Positions 28,776 through 44,684 are shown, counted from the first letter of the stretch. The stretch is DNA of 64,000 nt from the human T2T-CHM13v2.0 reference genome, Homo sapiens (GCF_009914755.1 NC_060932.1), one strand, 5' to 3'. Program-made: numbers and translations. The notes: generated by a model from the sequence alone, not told the origin.

Positions 28776-28849
28776 CCCTGGTGTGCATTTTATCACACCC
28801 TTTCTCACTCTGTATTGTGGTTGTTTACTTATCTGTATCTCCCACATCA

Positions 28850-29322
28850 TGTGGTTGCCATAAGAGTGCTATAGGACAAACCCCTCAAACTCAGAGATTT
28901 AAAAATTCCTGCTTTTATCTAGCCCATGAATCCATGGATTGGTGATTTAGACTTGACACTTCTTCTGAGCTCTGCTGGGCTCATTCACATATCTGAGAGT
29001 GGATCAGCTGTCAGCTAGAGTCACTTGGCTTTGTTCCATATGCTTTTCATATCCCTCCAGGAGGCTAATGCTGATGTATTCTCACAATTGAAGGCAAAGG
29101 TGTAAAAATAGAAACAAAAGAGCGAAGATGGTTTTTCATGCCTCAGGTGACTCCCATCTGCTAAAATGTCATTGGTCATAGCAAGTCATATAGCTACATG
29201 CAGAATCAAGATGCATAGAGACAGACTATCATTTTAGTGAGAGGAACTCAAAATCTCATAGCAAAGCAAACATAAACAGATAAGGTGAAAAATTGGAGCC
29301 ATTCATACAATCAGTCTACCAC
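28850..29322 (-). mobile_element. MLT1 (G/H-like) LTR
   Basis: cattggtcatagcaagtcatatagc...tacaatcagtctaccac. Confidence 0.75.
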
Positions 29323-29376
29323 GTTGCTCAAAACGTCAAAAGGTAAGCTCCTTAAGAGCAAGGTGAGGTATTCTGT

Positions 29377-29396
29377 TTTTGTTTTGCTTTGTTTTG

Positions 29397-29427
<31 letters not shown>

Positions 29428-29707
29428 GAGATGGAGCCTCGCTTTTTCATCGAGGCTGGAATGCAGTAGTGCAATCTCAGCTCACTGCAATCTCCACCTC
29501 CTGGGTTCAAGTTATTCCTCCACTTCAGCCTCCAGATTTGCTGGGATTACAAGCATGTGCCACCACGCCCATCTAATTTTTCTACTTTTAGTAGAGACGG
29601 GGTTTCACCATGTTTGCCAGGCCAGTCTCAAACTCCTGGCCTCAAGTGATCTGCCCACCTTGGCCTCCCAAAGTGCTGGGATTACAGGCATGAGCCACCA
29701 CGCCCGG
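29377..29707 (-). mobile_element. AluS (Sz-like) with (GTTTT)n tail
   Basis: Full antisense Alu; TSD gtattctgt. Confidence 0.95.
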
Positions 29708-30590
29708 TGTATTCTGTCTTATTCATTCTTACATGCCCAGTACCTAAAGTGCTAAAAGGCTCAGTGTAGCTCTCAATAAATGTTAACTTGAATGAATGAA
29801 TGAATGAATGAACGAATGAACAACAACATTTAAATTTACTTGCCAATCATTTGAAGATAGGAAGAAAGATTCCCTGGTTTCTAGAGTTTGTTTCTCTGTA
29901 AATTTGGTTCTCTGCTGTCTAGAGAAACACCGGTAATACACATTTTAGCAGGATCTTTTCTACTCAGGAGACTGGCAACATTTTTTCCCAGGAATTTTAA
30001 CTATCCACTGCAACAACCTTCCTTGCCTTGCGTACAACTCTCCATCTAAAAGGTCTTGTCTGTACCAGAAATGAACATGAGATCTGTCTAGAAATTTCAA
30101 AGCAGGCAGCATCATTCCTAACCTCAAAAGACCTGTCTTATGACATATTAATCTGATAGCTGCCTGGAATGGAACAAAGTCTTTCTACATTCATTGAGAC
30201 TTGTCTATCTTGGTTTGCAGATGGGCCTCAGCTTCTAACTCAGATGTTTCCCCGTTTATCTAATGTTCTCTTCTCTTAAGCTGGTCTCTTCCACCTTGTT
30301 CACAGCATGAAAGGCACTACTATCTAATAATGATTCTCATACCTCTGGTGGCATCCTCTTGTCAAAGTTCATCATAAGAGCATATACTTAGGCAATTCCT
30401 AGATATGTCCATGGGTCTTTAACTAAAATGATCCTATATGCATAAACCAGCTTTTGTAACATATTTACATAGAAAATTCTAAAATTATAGCACTCATTTC
30501 TCTTAAAGTTGTGCAGGCTAAAAATAAAATTTAAGATAATCGTAGACATTTCCAATTATTTATACATAATACTGTTTTATAAAGAAAACT

Positions 30591-30911
<321 letters not shown>

Positions 30912-31574
30912 CTATAACACATGATTTTTCCCTGCACTCTTGAAGTCAATGCTGCCTTGCCGTGCTGCAAAATATCTCTCAATGACTATGACAAAAATGA
31001 TTTACAATCACTCTTGAAACCTCTCATTTCCTTTCCAAATGTCATGGTATGTGGTAAAAGATACACAGCAGATTGTGTCAGAGGCAATTTGAAAAAATTA
31101 CATACTGGTAAAAATAAAAACCAACTGCTGCAAAAAGAAGTGGTCTTTGTTTAAATTTCGAGAAATACCTAGAATGCAGCTGGTCACTATAAAGCTGTTT
31201 CTGAAAAGAACCTCACCCCACTGGAGAGTAAAGATTAACTTATTCAGTTTGGAAAGAAAATAAAGTTGCTGGATTTTATAACGCAGAAGAAAGGTGATGT
31301 GTTTTCTGCCTTTTTTCCTGTAAAGAGAACAATATAATGGTAGAAAATAAAGAGAATATGAGAAAAACTTTTCTTATTTCCTCCTTCCACTTTTACATCT
31401 CTGATCTTAATTATTTCTAGCCCACTACCTACCTGTTTTACATAATCAGAGTGATTCTTAAAAATGCCTGAATTGAAAGCAAAACCTGAAGTGGTTACAA
31501 GGATCCAGTTAGGGAATCCATAATTATTAGGAAATAAAAATCATCTATTATGCATCAATGATTTGCAGGGATTT

Positions 31575-32095
31575 TTGTTCATTGACTTACAAGAAAATAT
31601 TTAATGAATAGCTATTATAAGTAAGATATACTGATATGGCAAAGAGATATAAGGATAAATGAGGGAACAAGGAGATTAGAACTACTAGAGAAAAATGAAA
31701 CAAACAGAGGAAAATTGATAGATTAGATATAGATAGATAGGATAGATAAAAGATAAATAAAGATGGGGGAGAAAAAGTATAAAATACAAGAGAAAAGAGA
31801 AGAAGATTGAAATGATGGAATGCAAGTACTGTGGGAGGTCAAAAGAGAAATTTTCTATGTCCATAGGAAAGTTGCCAAGTTGTGGGTTAGAATCCAGAAG
31901 AAGTAAGAAAAAAATAGTGTGGATATGTAGCAATGAAAAGTGCTCTTTTAGAGAGACAAAATGGAGCTCGAAGGAGGAGAAAAAGCAGAGAAAGCTACAA
32001 AGTAGGAAAGCGTGAAAATATTTAGAAAAAAGGAAGTGGTTCTGTTTGGCGGGAGCACAGAGAGTATGAGGAAATTGCCAGAAACAAGATTCACA
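31575..32095 (-). mobile_element. L2 fragments
   Basis: ttcattgacttacaagaaaatatttaatgaatagctatta; purine-rich L2 antisense body. Confidence 0.55.
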
Positions 32096-32293
32096 ATGTA
32101 GTTCAAGGGAACTTACATTCCAGGGGTGAAACATTACATACACAAACTGTCAGAAACAAAAATTAAAAACATTATTTCTCTTGCCTACTAAATTTTTAGT
32201 ATAACTAATTATGAACTTTCTATATAAACTAGGATCATGAAAACAGTCACCAAATAAACACCAAGGTATTTTTAAAATAAAATATATTCTTGC

Positions 32294-32537
32294 CTTTGGG
32301 AGGCCGAGGAGGGCAGATCACTTGAGGTCAGGAGTTCGAGACCAGCCTGGCCAACATGGAGAAACCCCATCTCTACTAAAAATACAAAAATTAGCCAGGC
32401 ATGGTGGCAGATGCCTGTAATCCCAGCTACTCAGGAGGCTGAGGCAGGAGAATCCCTGGAACCCAGGAGGCGGAGGCTGCAGGGAGCCGAGATCGTGCAC
32501 TGCACTCCAGCCTGGGTGATAGAGTAAGACTCTGTTT

Positions 32538-32593
<56 letters not shown>

Positions 32594-32646
32594 TACATAT
32601 ACACACACACACACACACATACACACAGACACACACACACACACAC
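32294..32646 (+). mobile_element. 5'-truncated AluS with long A tail plus (TA)n(CA)n microsatellite
   Basis: Starts at ctttgggagg; TSD ATATTCTTGC at 32284-32293 and 32647-32656. Confidence 0.95.
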
Positions 32647-33874
32647 ATATTCTTGCTTTATTCCCAATACTTTCTTGTTTATAATGCCAAAAAGCTACAT
32701 GAGGTTTTCCTCTGGATATTTAGATGATAAATGAAATAATTTTCCAATCCTACCAAAAGATACATATCCCAAGTCAGAGCAAATAGCAAAGGCTAAATAG
32801 AAAAATAAACATGCACAGCAAAGAGAGACAGGAAGAGAAATCAGTGTTGATCTCAAAGTCAAGAAGCTATCTGAAGAATTTCTGGTTCTTGCTGTATTTT
32901 GGCCTCTATTGAAAATTGGAAGAAATAATCCTGTAGGATCCAAAGCTGTGTAGATAGATTTGTATTGCAACTTCATTTGTTTTACCAGCAAAACCAGAGC
33001 AAAGAGACCATAAACCTTTCCATGTAACCCAGATCTTTGGAAGGGTGTATAAATGGAACTATAAAAACTGTACTGAAAACTGATTCTTGGCAGCCAGTCA
33101 AGATCTCTCCATTTCTGAAATTAAATGGCATGGCTTCTCCAAGAATGGGAGATCAGGGGACAATCAAAATCCTGCTGCATTATTCCTGCAACTATAAGCC
33201 AGATGGTTTTAAAAGTCAAATGTTCCACACATGAGTAAGTCATGGCTCTAAATGAATTACTTTGGGATCTGCAAAATAGAACCTGAAGTGCCACACCACT
33301 GAGATATGTTCCATTGCACCATCAATCTTAGAGTAAAATACTTACCAGCTCATTCAACCTTTTAACTAAAGAAAAATCATGCTGACAAAAGCCCCAAAGA
33401 GCATGTTTAGGAAATAATGTAGTCTTTAGCATGCACAGGGAATACAGAATCCCAAAGCATGTGGAAAAAATCTTTTCATTCAGGGAGGTGGGGACCAATA
33501 GACCCGTAACAGGTGTGCGTAAAAGAAATTGCTCCTAATAAAGTGAATGCTATAGAAGCAACATGGGTTTAATAAAGTACAGATTCTACAGCTAAAGTCT
33601 ATTTAGTGAAAATAACAGGACTAAAAGACCTCAGCCATTCTGCACATCTGATTAAAACATTCTGGCTATTACCACTGCCCTCCTGGCGGTCCCTGTGCCT
33701 GCTGCATCACTTTCATACCTGCGAGTGCAGGTGCCCCTGGGCTACCAAAGCCCCCAGCTTCTTGGGCAACAAAGAGCAATGGCCTTTTCTTCTGTGTGAC
33801 TTTTAGAGCTGTGTCATAGCTGCAAGTGGTGAAGGACAGAGTTACAGCTGTTAGTATTCCATCTGTAAAATAAA

Positions 33875-33931
33875 TACACACGCATACACGTACACACGCA
33901 TACACGTGCACACGCAAACACACACACACAG
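33875..33931. repeat. Degenerate (CA/CG/TA) alternating purine-pyrimidine repeat
   Basis: acacacgcatacacgtacacacgcatacacgtgcacacgc... Confidence 0.85.
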
Positions 33932-36900
33932 AGACAGAGGACTGTTTTCTGTAAGAAGCAGTCTGGGAGCCATCATCTAAACCCTGTGCTCAGAGACCAG
34001 CTCTCCTTGTATTCTACCAGATAGGACACTGCCCTTCTCCAGTGGAAGACAGGAGTCCCAGCTCTTCAGAGCTTGCTCTAGGACAAGATTTCTTCCTTGG
34101 TGGTTCTAAAGGATTTGCTATCTAGAGTATGGCTGCCACAGTTACTACCATTATTTCCAGGGAAGTTGTGGTCATGCTTTTCTTTTTCCTCTGGAAAGAA
34201 AGAGCAAGTTCCCACCACAAAGCCAGCTCCAGGGTCTCTGCCTAAGAGCCAGGGGTAATGAGAAGTGGAAGAAGCCCTGCGCCTCTTCCAACCTCAAGGC
34301 CTGCCTCGTGGCTCATCCCACGTTTAGGATGATTGCCCGTGGGAATACACAGCTCTTTCTGGAAAAGCCCATCACCACCTACAAGGGTAGAGCCGTGCCT
34401 TCATGGCTTCAAAACTCAATCCCAAGGTAAGACTTAGGAACATGTTGAGAGCTACTTACTTATTATCTTATTTAGGATCAACTGTTTAGATTCCATTAAC
34501 TACAATCTGCCAGACATCTTCCTGAAAGCATGTGAACCAGCTTTCATATCATCCATTATAACATCCAACATAACAAAGGCCTGTCTACTGTCTATTATGA
34601 ACCAGGCCATCTATGAGGGATGGGGAAGAGAGTTGTATAAGAAGTAACCCTGCTTTCAAAGCTCACATAATTTGGTAGGGAAAATGAGACCCGTGCAAGA
34701 AAAAGACTTGTGAAATTAAGGGAGTACAGTGTGATAAGAAGTAAAGGAAAATGTAGGCAAAAAGCTCACCTTGCAAAGAAGGAAAATTGACTCCTGAGTA
34801 TCTCATACAAAGGCCTTTGAAAGTTAATAGTATCCAGGGAGTGCCTGTGTTGCATTTTGGGGTTTTGATAGATCAGAAAGAAACCAAAAAACATTTCTTT
34901 CTTTTTTTTTTTTTCTTTTTTCTCCTTGGGGGTAGGATTAGGTAATGAGAGGATGTTTAGGAAGGAAGCTCTGAAAATCCTTCATAAAAATGCCTTCAGC
35001 AGTTCACTGTGTACCCACTGATGCCTCTTCTTTAACCAAATTTGATTTTAATATGCAAAGGGAATGCAGGTTAATTACACAGTGGAGTTCATGGAAATGG
35101 CAGATTGAGAATTATACTTTGACTTGCTGTTAGTGTAAATTCCATCCGATCATTATTGAAAGAGAACAAATAGAGAATTCTCTCAGGAGGTTTTAAAGGT
35201 CTTTCTTCCTCCATTTCCCCAGATCTCCCCTTCATCCTGTTCTTTCTCCTAACACTAAATAACATGCTTGGAAAGTGATAGGAGACTTTGCACAATCATT
35301 CCACTTCTAATATTTGAACATCCACAATAGAAATCCTTCGTTTTCCATTCACCTTGACTTTTTTGACCTTAACATAGCAAAGCATAGAACAAATTAAGAA
35401 CTAGGAAGCTCCATGATTGTGAGAGTAATTTTCCCATCTCCTCCATGGAGCCGCATGCTAAAAGGGACTCTTGTTGATTTGATTATTTCTGTGTATGGAA
35501 CAGTAACAGTGCTTGGGGATTGTTTTACTAAATGAAGCTGTGGACTATTTCTGTACCCTGTGGTTTGCCTTAATTGCCTGTAGAATATCATGCCTCCTCA
35601 ACTAAAATGGAAGCTTCTCAAAGGCTCAAGAACTTGCATTTATTCTTTGTTCTTCTCAACATATGTAACACTGGGCAAAATTTTGGTAGACATTCATTAA
35701 ACATTTAATGGACTTATTGGTTGAAATGCATTATAAAAAGTTTCTTTTTAAAAAATAACAGTTTGGAAGTTTGCTTTTATCATCCTTTTAAAGGTATTTT
35801 ACACAACGGATGCAATATTTCTTAGTAGATCACAGCATTTGCCTACAATTTTTAAAGCCACATTCTGATTTTTCAGCACCTACCTTTTTCTCTCTCCTTT
35901 TAATATTTAATGATTTATAAACTAATACAATTTCATGTTGAGAAAAAAATTCAGAATCTGTGTCTGTTGATATTGTCTTAAGACAAATAATGCTTTTAGA
36001 ATATGAATAGCCACTATCACGCTGGATTTATTTCTTTGTTTCTTAAGATTTATAAAGAACATATTCTTAAAGAGTGTAAGCTAAAAGGCAACTAGTTGAT
36101 TCTACAAAGGTGAGAAAATTGACATGCATGCGTCACTGATATAAGCTATGAGCTTTGGGATCACTGCTTGAATTCATGGCATCTATCAAAATATCTTTAC
36201 TCCTTTCCACTTTGTAGAATCATGAGTCCTAAGGGTAAATAATATACAAAAATAAAATAAAATCAGAAGCTTCAAACACTTAATATCTTCAAACTAATAG
36301 TGCCTATAGTGTCACAACCAGAGAATACAAGGGCAGCCAGCAGGTGGTGGAAATATCAGGAAACAAAAGAAGGTCAGTGTAAACCAGCTGGCTAGAGTTC
36401 TGTGGAAAGAGAATAGTTGCCAAGAGCAAGAGCAATTAAGTCTATCATTTTTCCTACCTAGAGACCACAAACAGAAATGCCCGTTATTCCAGAAGCAACT
36501 TGGAAAATAGAAGGTTGGTGAAGAAAGAGGGATGTCATTAAAAAGTTTTAAAAGCCCTTAATATTCTTCTTAGGAAAACTTCTCACACTTCAAGAAAGCT
36601 TCAAGAGTAGATCCAGCCTGGGCCACGGGTATCTAAGATTACTCAGATCCAGCTGGTTCCTCTTTGACACTTTATGGCAAACTGAAGTCTATCTTCCAAA
36701 AAAACACTGAAGCATTGACCTTAGATATTTAATTGCCTATTGAGATGACAACTCAATGAACTTGTCTAGTTTGGAAAATACAAAGAAACAGTCATTTAGG
36801 TAACCATATATGAGCCAGAATTTTGTAGAATCTAATCTTATATATGGCCCTAACTCTGTCCATTAATGAGATGTTGGGTTACATTATTTCACTTTATTTT

Positions 36901-37228
36901 AAAAAATGGAAAACATATTAATACTCTCAATAGTCTCATCTCTATGCAAGCAGGTGTCTCCTTGCATATAAAAAGCATTAGACCATAGATTTGATGGCAC
37001 TTTGACTTTTAAAAAAATGACTTCCTATGTTTAAAAAAAAAAAACAAGGAGAGACATTCTTGATCAGGTCTCTGTTGCCAAATCCTAAAGATTCTAGGCC
37101 CTATAAAATGAGACATTAAAATCATTAGGCACCGTAATAAGGCCATTCTGGGTAAAGTCATTTCTATTCATCTCCATTACTTTGAGAGTAATCTGTCAAA
37201 GACAAACTAACTGCCAGAGGAAACTTAC

Positions 37229-37409
37229 CAAAAAATATTTGTTCCCAAAAGCTGTGATGGATTTATTTTACCTTTAGTCTCCACTTGCCGAAACCATAAA
37301 TCGCAGAATATCTCCATCAAAGCTCATGCCAAATTACAAGTCTCTCCTCTGGCTGTCATTTGTGAGATGGCCCCTCTTCAGGTTCATATTAGCTATGTGC
37401 AAAGACAGC
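37229..37409 (-). ncRNA. Candidate exon (181 nt; 138 nt with the alternative donor at 37272)
   Basis: Minus strand ttatctcttgacttttcattgcctag|G acceptor; donors TTG|gtaagt and AAG|gtaaaa. Confidence 0.35.
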
Positions 37410-38805
37410 CTAGGCAATGAAAAGTCAAGAGATAAATAATTTCTGGGATTTCCTGAGTTGATTGTTTTGATCCCAGCCCTGCTCTTCATTGGAATTGCTA
37501 AGTCCCTCTTCCTACAACAGAACTATCAGCACCAATGTGCATGGGGGCAACTTATCTGCTCTGGATGTTAGCACGAGTTAATACGAAGACTCAAGGCTGA
37601 GACCTACAAAACTTAGGTTCAAGTTAAGCTGTTTTTTGTTTGTTTTGTTTGTTTTTATCAAATAGGAGTATGACTTTGAGTTTATCACCTCACATCCTAG
37701 GTGGATGATCTGATCTGAGTAATTTTTCTTTGAACATGCTCTTGAGATAACATAAATATAATCCCATTGTTGGGAGAGATTTCAGAGCCCAATTCCAACC
37801 CACTTGTGCTTGAAACTTCTCTAAAGCAACCTGAAAAAGAATGTTCTTGGAGCTGATGCCTGAAAGCCTCCGTGCCGGAGAACTCGCCCACCACCCACCA
37901 CCATCACCAAAAAACCAGCCCTGTTGCCCTGTTTGTTTGGTTTGATTTAGTCGTAAGGGAGCTTTGTAAAGAGTGAAGAGCAAGATACTAGAATGTACAC
38001 AAGCTTCAGTGTTAGGGAAACTTGATTTTATTTCTATCCTACAACTATTTGTCTTCGCTTTTGTTTGCAAAATAGAAGGCTATTATAACCTTGTATCTTA
38101 CAAGTTTGGTAATAATTACAAATGGGCTAAGCATTCAGTAAAAACATCATTTTTCTCCTATTTGCTCTAACTGAATACAGGATGACTTTGAGCGAACAGG
38201 GCAGTCGTATGCTTGCAATAGCTAATTTACAGTAACTCTAGAGTTTTTGAAGTTTGCCCTGGGCATTAAAGATGCTGACCATGGCCTATGAGAAATATCA
38301 AAGCATGAGACAAGGCCATTCAATAAAAAGAGGTCAGAAATTTCTCAACTGCTGCAAAATTTTTTAGCAATAAATTCATTTCTGGTAAGTCTTCTACATC
38401 ACCCACTCCTACCCTTACATACAAATGTGAATTATTACCCAATTTTTGTATCAGTAAAAGAATCTGATGATATCCTGAAATGATACTGTGGGTTTTGGAG
38501 CTTAAAAATCTTGGAGAAAATTTATCTCAGAGTCAAATGTGGCCTGGTGATTACCTGATTCCCAGGTAGGCCTGTAAAGTCTCATCTGAGATCCTGCTGT
38601 CAAATGCTGTCCTCATTATATGAGACCAGCCATAGACACAAAAGGGTATCAGTTATCTTAACTCCAACTCTTAGAAAGTGTTTTTAAGTTTTTGATCAAA
38701 TGGATCTATTCATATGGTTTGAAAAATTAAATCAAATAGATTAAAATTAAAAATAAACTTCTCTGCCCCATGCCTAACAGTCTCTAGTTTTTCTTACAGG
38801 GTAAC

Positions 38806-39226
38806 TGTGTTAGGCTGTTTTTGCATTGCTACAAAAAAAATCTGAGGCTGGATAATTTATAAAGAAAAGAGGTTTAATTGACTCCCGGTTCTGCAGGCTA
38901 TACAAAAAGTGTAGTGCCAGCATCTTCTTAGCTTCTGGTGAGGCCTCAGGGAGCTTTTACCCATGGCAGAAGGTGAAGCAGGAGCAGGCACGTCACACAG
39001 TGAGAGTGGGAGCAAAAGAGAGAAGGGAGTCAGGAGGCACCATTCTCTTTTAAACAACCACATCTCATGTGAACATATTACCATTCATTACCATGGGTAG
39101 AACACCAAACCATTCATGAGGGATCTGCCCTCATGATCCGAACACCTCCCACCAGGCCTCATCACCAATGCTGGGGATTACATTTCAACATGCGATTTGG
39201 AAGGGACAAATATCCAAACTGTATCA
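38806..39226 (-). mobile_element. MSTA/MSTB solo LTR (MaLR)
   Basis: tgtgttaggctgtttttgcattgct...tatccaaactgtatca; 5-bp TSD (g/a)taac. Confidence 0.92.
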
Positions 39227-39239
39227 ATAACACTATTTA

Positions 39240-41340
<2,101 letters not shown>

Positions 41341-41577
41341 TCAGATCGGCTTCCTTGATTGTTGCACGATAGTTTATTCAATTTCTTCCAGTGAATCCTT
41401 TCTTTTTCTAGTTTTCAGTTTGGCCTAGGGAAGGCATAATACTTGAACGTCTAATATGCTGCACATGGAATAGGGTAGCAGTGATGGGAAACGGAGTGAA
41501 GGAAATTGGGCTCTAAACTAGATCGTGCTGATGAGGTCAACTGAAAAGGGAGAGCTCTCCTTCACAGAACTGTAGAG

Positions 41578-41765
41578 TAGTGATTCTTGAAGTGAGGTTC
41601 CCACATCAGCAGCATCATCGTCACCTGGGTACCTGCTAGAAATGCTGACTCACAGGTCCTATCCCAGTTCTACTGAATCAGCAACTCTGGGAATGAGCCC
41701 CAGTAACCTGTGTTTTACTATGCCATTCAGAGGATTTTGATGTAGAGTAAAAGTGGAGACTCAGG
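41578..41765 (+). mobile_element. MER5A (hAT-Charlie)
   Basis: cagcagcatcatcgtcacctggg...ctactgaatcagcaactctggg...ctgtgttttacta. Confidence 0.85.
41640..41653 (-). promoter_or_regulatory. Consensus NRF2/sMAF antioxidant response element motif
   Basis: Minus strand GTGAGTCAGCATTT fits RTGASTCAGCA with AT-rich flank; motif only. Confidence 0.45.
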
Positions 41766-42164
41766 CATGCTTGTAATCTTCACGAAGTTACTGATCTCTC
41801 TTTTCCACTAATGGTCTACCACCCCAACCCTATGTTAGAGATGATGCTTTGTTTTGGTTTTCCTTGATTGTTTAATTCTTTATTATCATTTTAATAACTT
41901 TTGGAGAAAGAGAAATATAAACATGTGATCAGACTGCCTTGTTGAGCCAAAGTCATACTCATATTTCAATGCATCAATATGTCCCTAGCACCAACATATC
42001 TTTTTTTCCAGACCTTACATCCATATGTGTCCATAACTCTTATGCAAATTTTTAAAAGTAAAATTTTTAAAAATTTGATTCTAGTTGTAAAAATTTTAGA
42101 TATCTGACAGTATAGAAAAGGAGGTGTTTGGGGAAGTGAAGCCATTTTAAGTAAGTCAAAAATA

Positions 42165-42527
42165 AAATAGGTGGGTTGGCTGTTTACCAAGCCCAGTTTC
42201 TTCTCTTTTGGGACACCCAGAAAGTCTACCTTGGTTACTAGTTCTCAATGATGGGCTGTGAGTGGAAATAACGTATGTAATCTTTAGGCCAATGTGGTTA
42301 AGAAGTAGATGCACCTTCTTTACCCTTTCCGCCATCAGCCAGCTTAATGCATAGTCCTCTGAAGCCCTGGAGAAGAGGCAAAGACATAGATGAAAGGAAA
42401 CTGGGTCCTTGAATGACTGACCTCAAGGAAGGGCATAGATCACAAATGATTTCATTGGACTACTCTGTGCTAAGCCACTGAAATCTTAGACTTCACATTA
42501 CATCAAGTTGCTTTAGCCTAACTAATA
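42165..42527 (+). mobile_element. MLT1 (J-like) LTR
   Basis: gaaactgggtccttgaatgact...taagccactgaaatc...tagcctaactaata. Confidence 0.7.
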
Positions 42528-44144
42528 AATTGATAAAAGAAGGTCCTTCTTGAGTCTATAAACATGTTTGGGAGAAATTAACTTGCACTGAGGTATAGTC
42601 TATATGGACTTCTGTGTTGTGAAAGCCTCAGATCCATATAGAATTTCACCACAGCAATGCATTAAAGCATTTGTAGCTGACATATTGCTTAAAATTTGGT
42701 CTTATAAATCTACAAATAAGTTGTTACATCTGTAATTTAATAAATAAAACCTAACACTTAATTATAATGAATTGAATGAGATTGTCAATAGAAAAGTGCT
42801 TTCCAAAAATAAAAATACCATTCAAGTGCCACATAATAATTAACTTTTCTTAGAAGCAAAGGTGAATTCTTGACAATTAAAAATTTTTCTTTGTATCGAT
42901 TTGTTAATGGAACTTGCAAATTTCAGCTTCTTCCCCAGCAAGTATCTGATTCATGGTTGTTGGAGATTTTAAATTAGCTTCCTCAGCTCAATTTATAAGT
43001 TAGTGCCACTGCATTGCTAAAAGATGCTTAATTTTTGTATTACTCAACTTTTAAAACACTAAAAGTTTTAATTAAACATCATCAGTGCTTTTAGCCTTTG
43101 GAAACTCTGAGGATATAACTGCAGTATGTCATAAGTCTTCAAACAAGATTGAAAACCCTGCAGGTCAAATGAAGCTTAATCAGGCTTATTCCCATTTTGG
43201 TAATTGAACCACTGGCTTCATTCCACCTACATACACTGGCCTCTCAAAAGTGTGAGTTGTTATTCTCTAGCCCTAAGCTTTAATATTAAGATCCTTCCTA
43301 CATAGAGCTAGACAGAAAGATAATTTGAGAGCACTTCAGTTCTTCCAGAGGTGACATTCAATAGGGCATTTACAAAATATTAGATTTCTACATTTCAGCT
43401 AACACACATTAAGCACATATGATATACCCCATTATTATTAATTATAGTATTATATTCAAAACTAATTAACAACAATGGGCAACAAATGACACAACCAAGT
43501 TCTTTTAGAATCCAGAGGAGGCAAAGATCACTTCCACTTCCACCTTTCTCAAGACCTTTCTTGGAGAACTGAAATTTCAGCTGGACCTTAAAGCTGAGGG
43601 AGGTTGCCACAGGAAAAGAGTAGAACTCTTAACTTTCCTTGTTTGCAGAAAAGTCAGTTCTCAGTCCTAGATTTACAAGACAAGTTTACTATCTTCTGTG
43701 CAACAAAACCTAAAATATTCATGCTTCTCATCTGTACCAGGAAGATTTTCAAAGATTCCATAAAAGCCCATCAGTTCAGATTGGGTCCACTTGTAATTAT
43801 TTTGACAGGAGCTAGACTGGCATTTACTTTAGTGCTGTGTAGAAAGCATATAAAAACGGAGTGAGCAAAGAAATATTGTCAACAGAAACAGAAGGAGGGA
43901 AAACCTTACCTTAATTTTCAAAAATGAGAAATACAAGGGCTTTACATTCTATCCACGAAAAGAATACAATAAGTGGACTAGGACAAATTGTCAGTATTAC
44001 AGAATTTAACCGGTACTACAAGAACCTCCATTTGGCAACCTTGTTAGCTTGGTTGATGTTGCTGCCAATAACTAAAACGACTTAAGATTGCTTATTAGCA
44101 AGGTCTGGCCTTCTGTATGTCTGGACCGAATTAGTTGGTCACTA

Positions 44145-44620
44145 ATTATTCCCTACTTGAATTTAAACAATATTTATTGAATGTCTGTTCTGTGCCACCA
44201 TGCTTGTCATTGAGATGAGATTTAATAGGTGTGGTTCTCCACCTCAAAAACCTTGAACTAAATGGAGAAATTAAAAAGTGACACAAAAATAATACACAGC
44301 AATAAGCAACAAATGGCACACAAATGATACAACCAATTCTGTTAGAATGCAGAGGAGGCAAAGATCATTTCCAATTTCAGTTTTCTCAAGATATTTCTTG
44401 GAGGAAAGACATGTCAGCTGAACTCAAAGACCAATAGGATTTCAACAGGCAGCAGGAAGCAGGAAGTATTAATATTTCAGAGGAATAAAATATGACCATA
44501 GAAATACAAGAAAGCCCAAAACAGTTTAGGAGACATTGAGGGGTCAATGTGAATTGAATGTCAGATTCATGAGTAGGAGACTGGGGAAGAGGGATAGAAA
44601 AGGAACACAAAGTGCTCTAC
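44145..44620 (-). mobile_element. L2 3' fragment
   Basis: aacaatatttattgaatgtctgttctgtgcca... Confidence 0.75.
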
Positions 44621-44684
44621 ATTTCAAGCAAATCTGGAAAGATCACGAGCAAGAGAAATAGTGTATTCAGAAATATTAGAAAAC

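Larger units (their letters stand above)
28180..29820 (+). mobile_element. L2 3' end split by L1 5' fragment, MLT1 and Alu
   Basis: L2 pieces at ~28180-28250, 28780-28850, 29340-29375 and 29708-29820, ending in (gaat)n. Confidence 0.7.

Noticed and set aside
29285-29755. Longest ORF (156 aa) and similar ORFs at 27082, 39237, 22648, 12674 and 32318
   Set aside because: Translations of Alu sequence (e.g. ETGFHHV.QA.LKLL) and its tail; not genes
31685-32143. 152-aa hydrophobic ORF (also 50065-50475 and 23402-23710)
   Set aside because: F/L/I-rich translations of T-rich strands of L2/L1 relics
33675-33690. CTCF-like CCGCCAGGAGGGCAG (minus strand)
   Set aside because: One base too long for the core spacing
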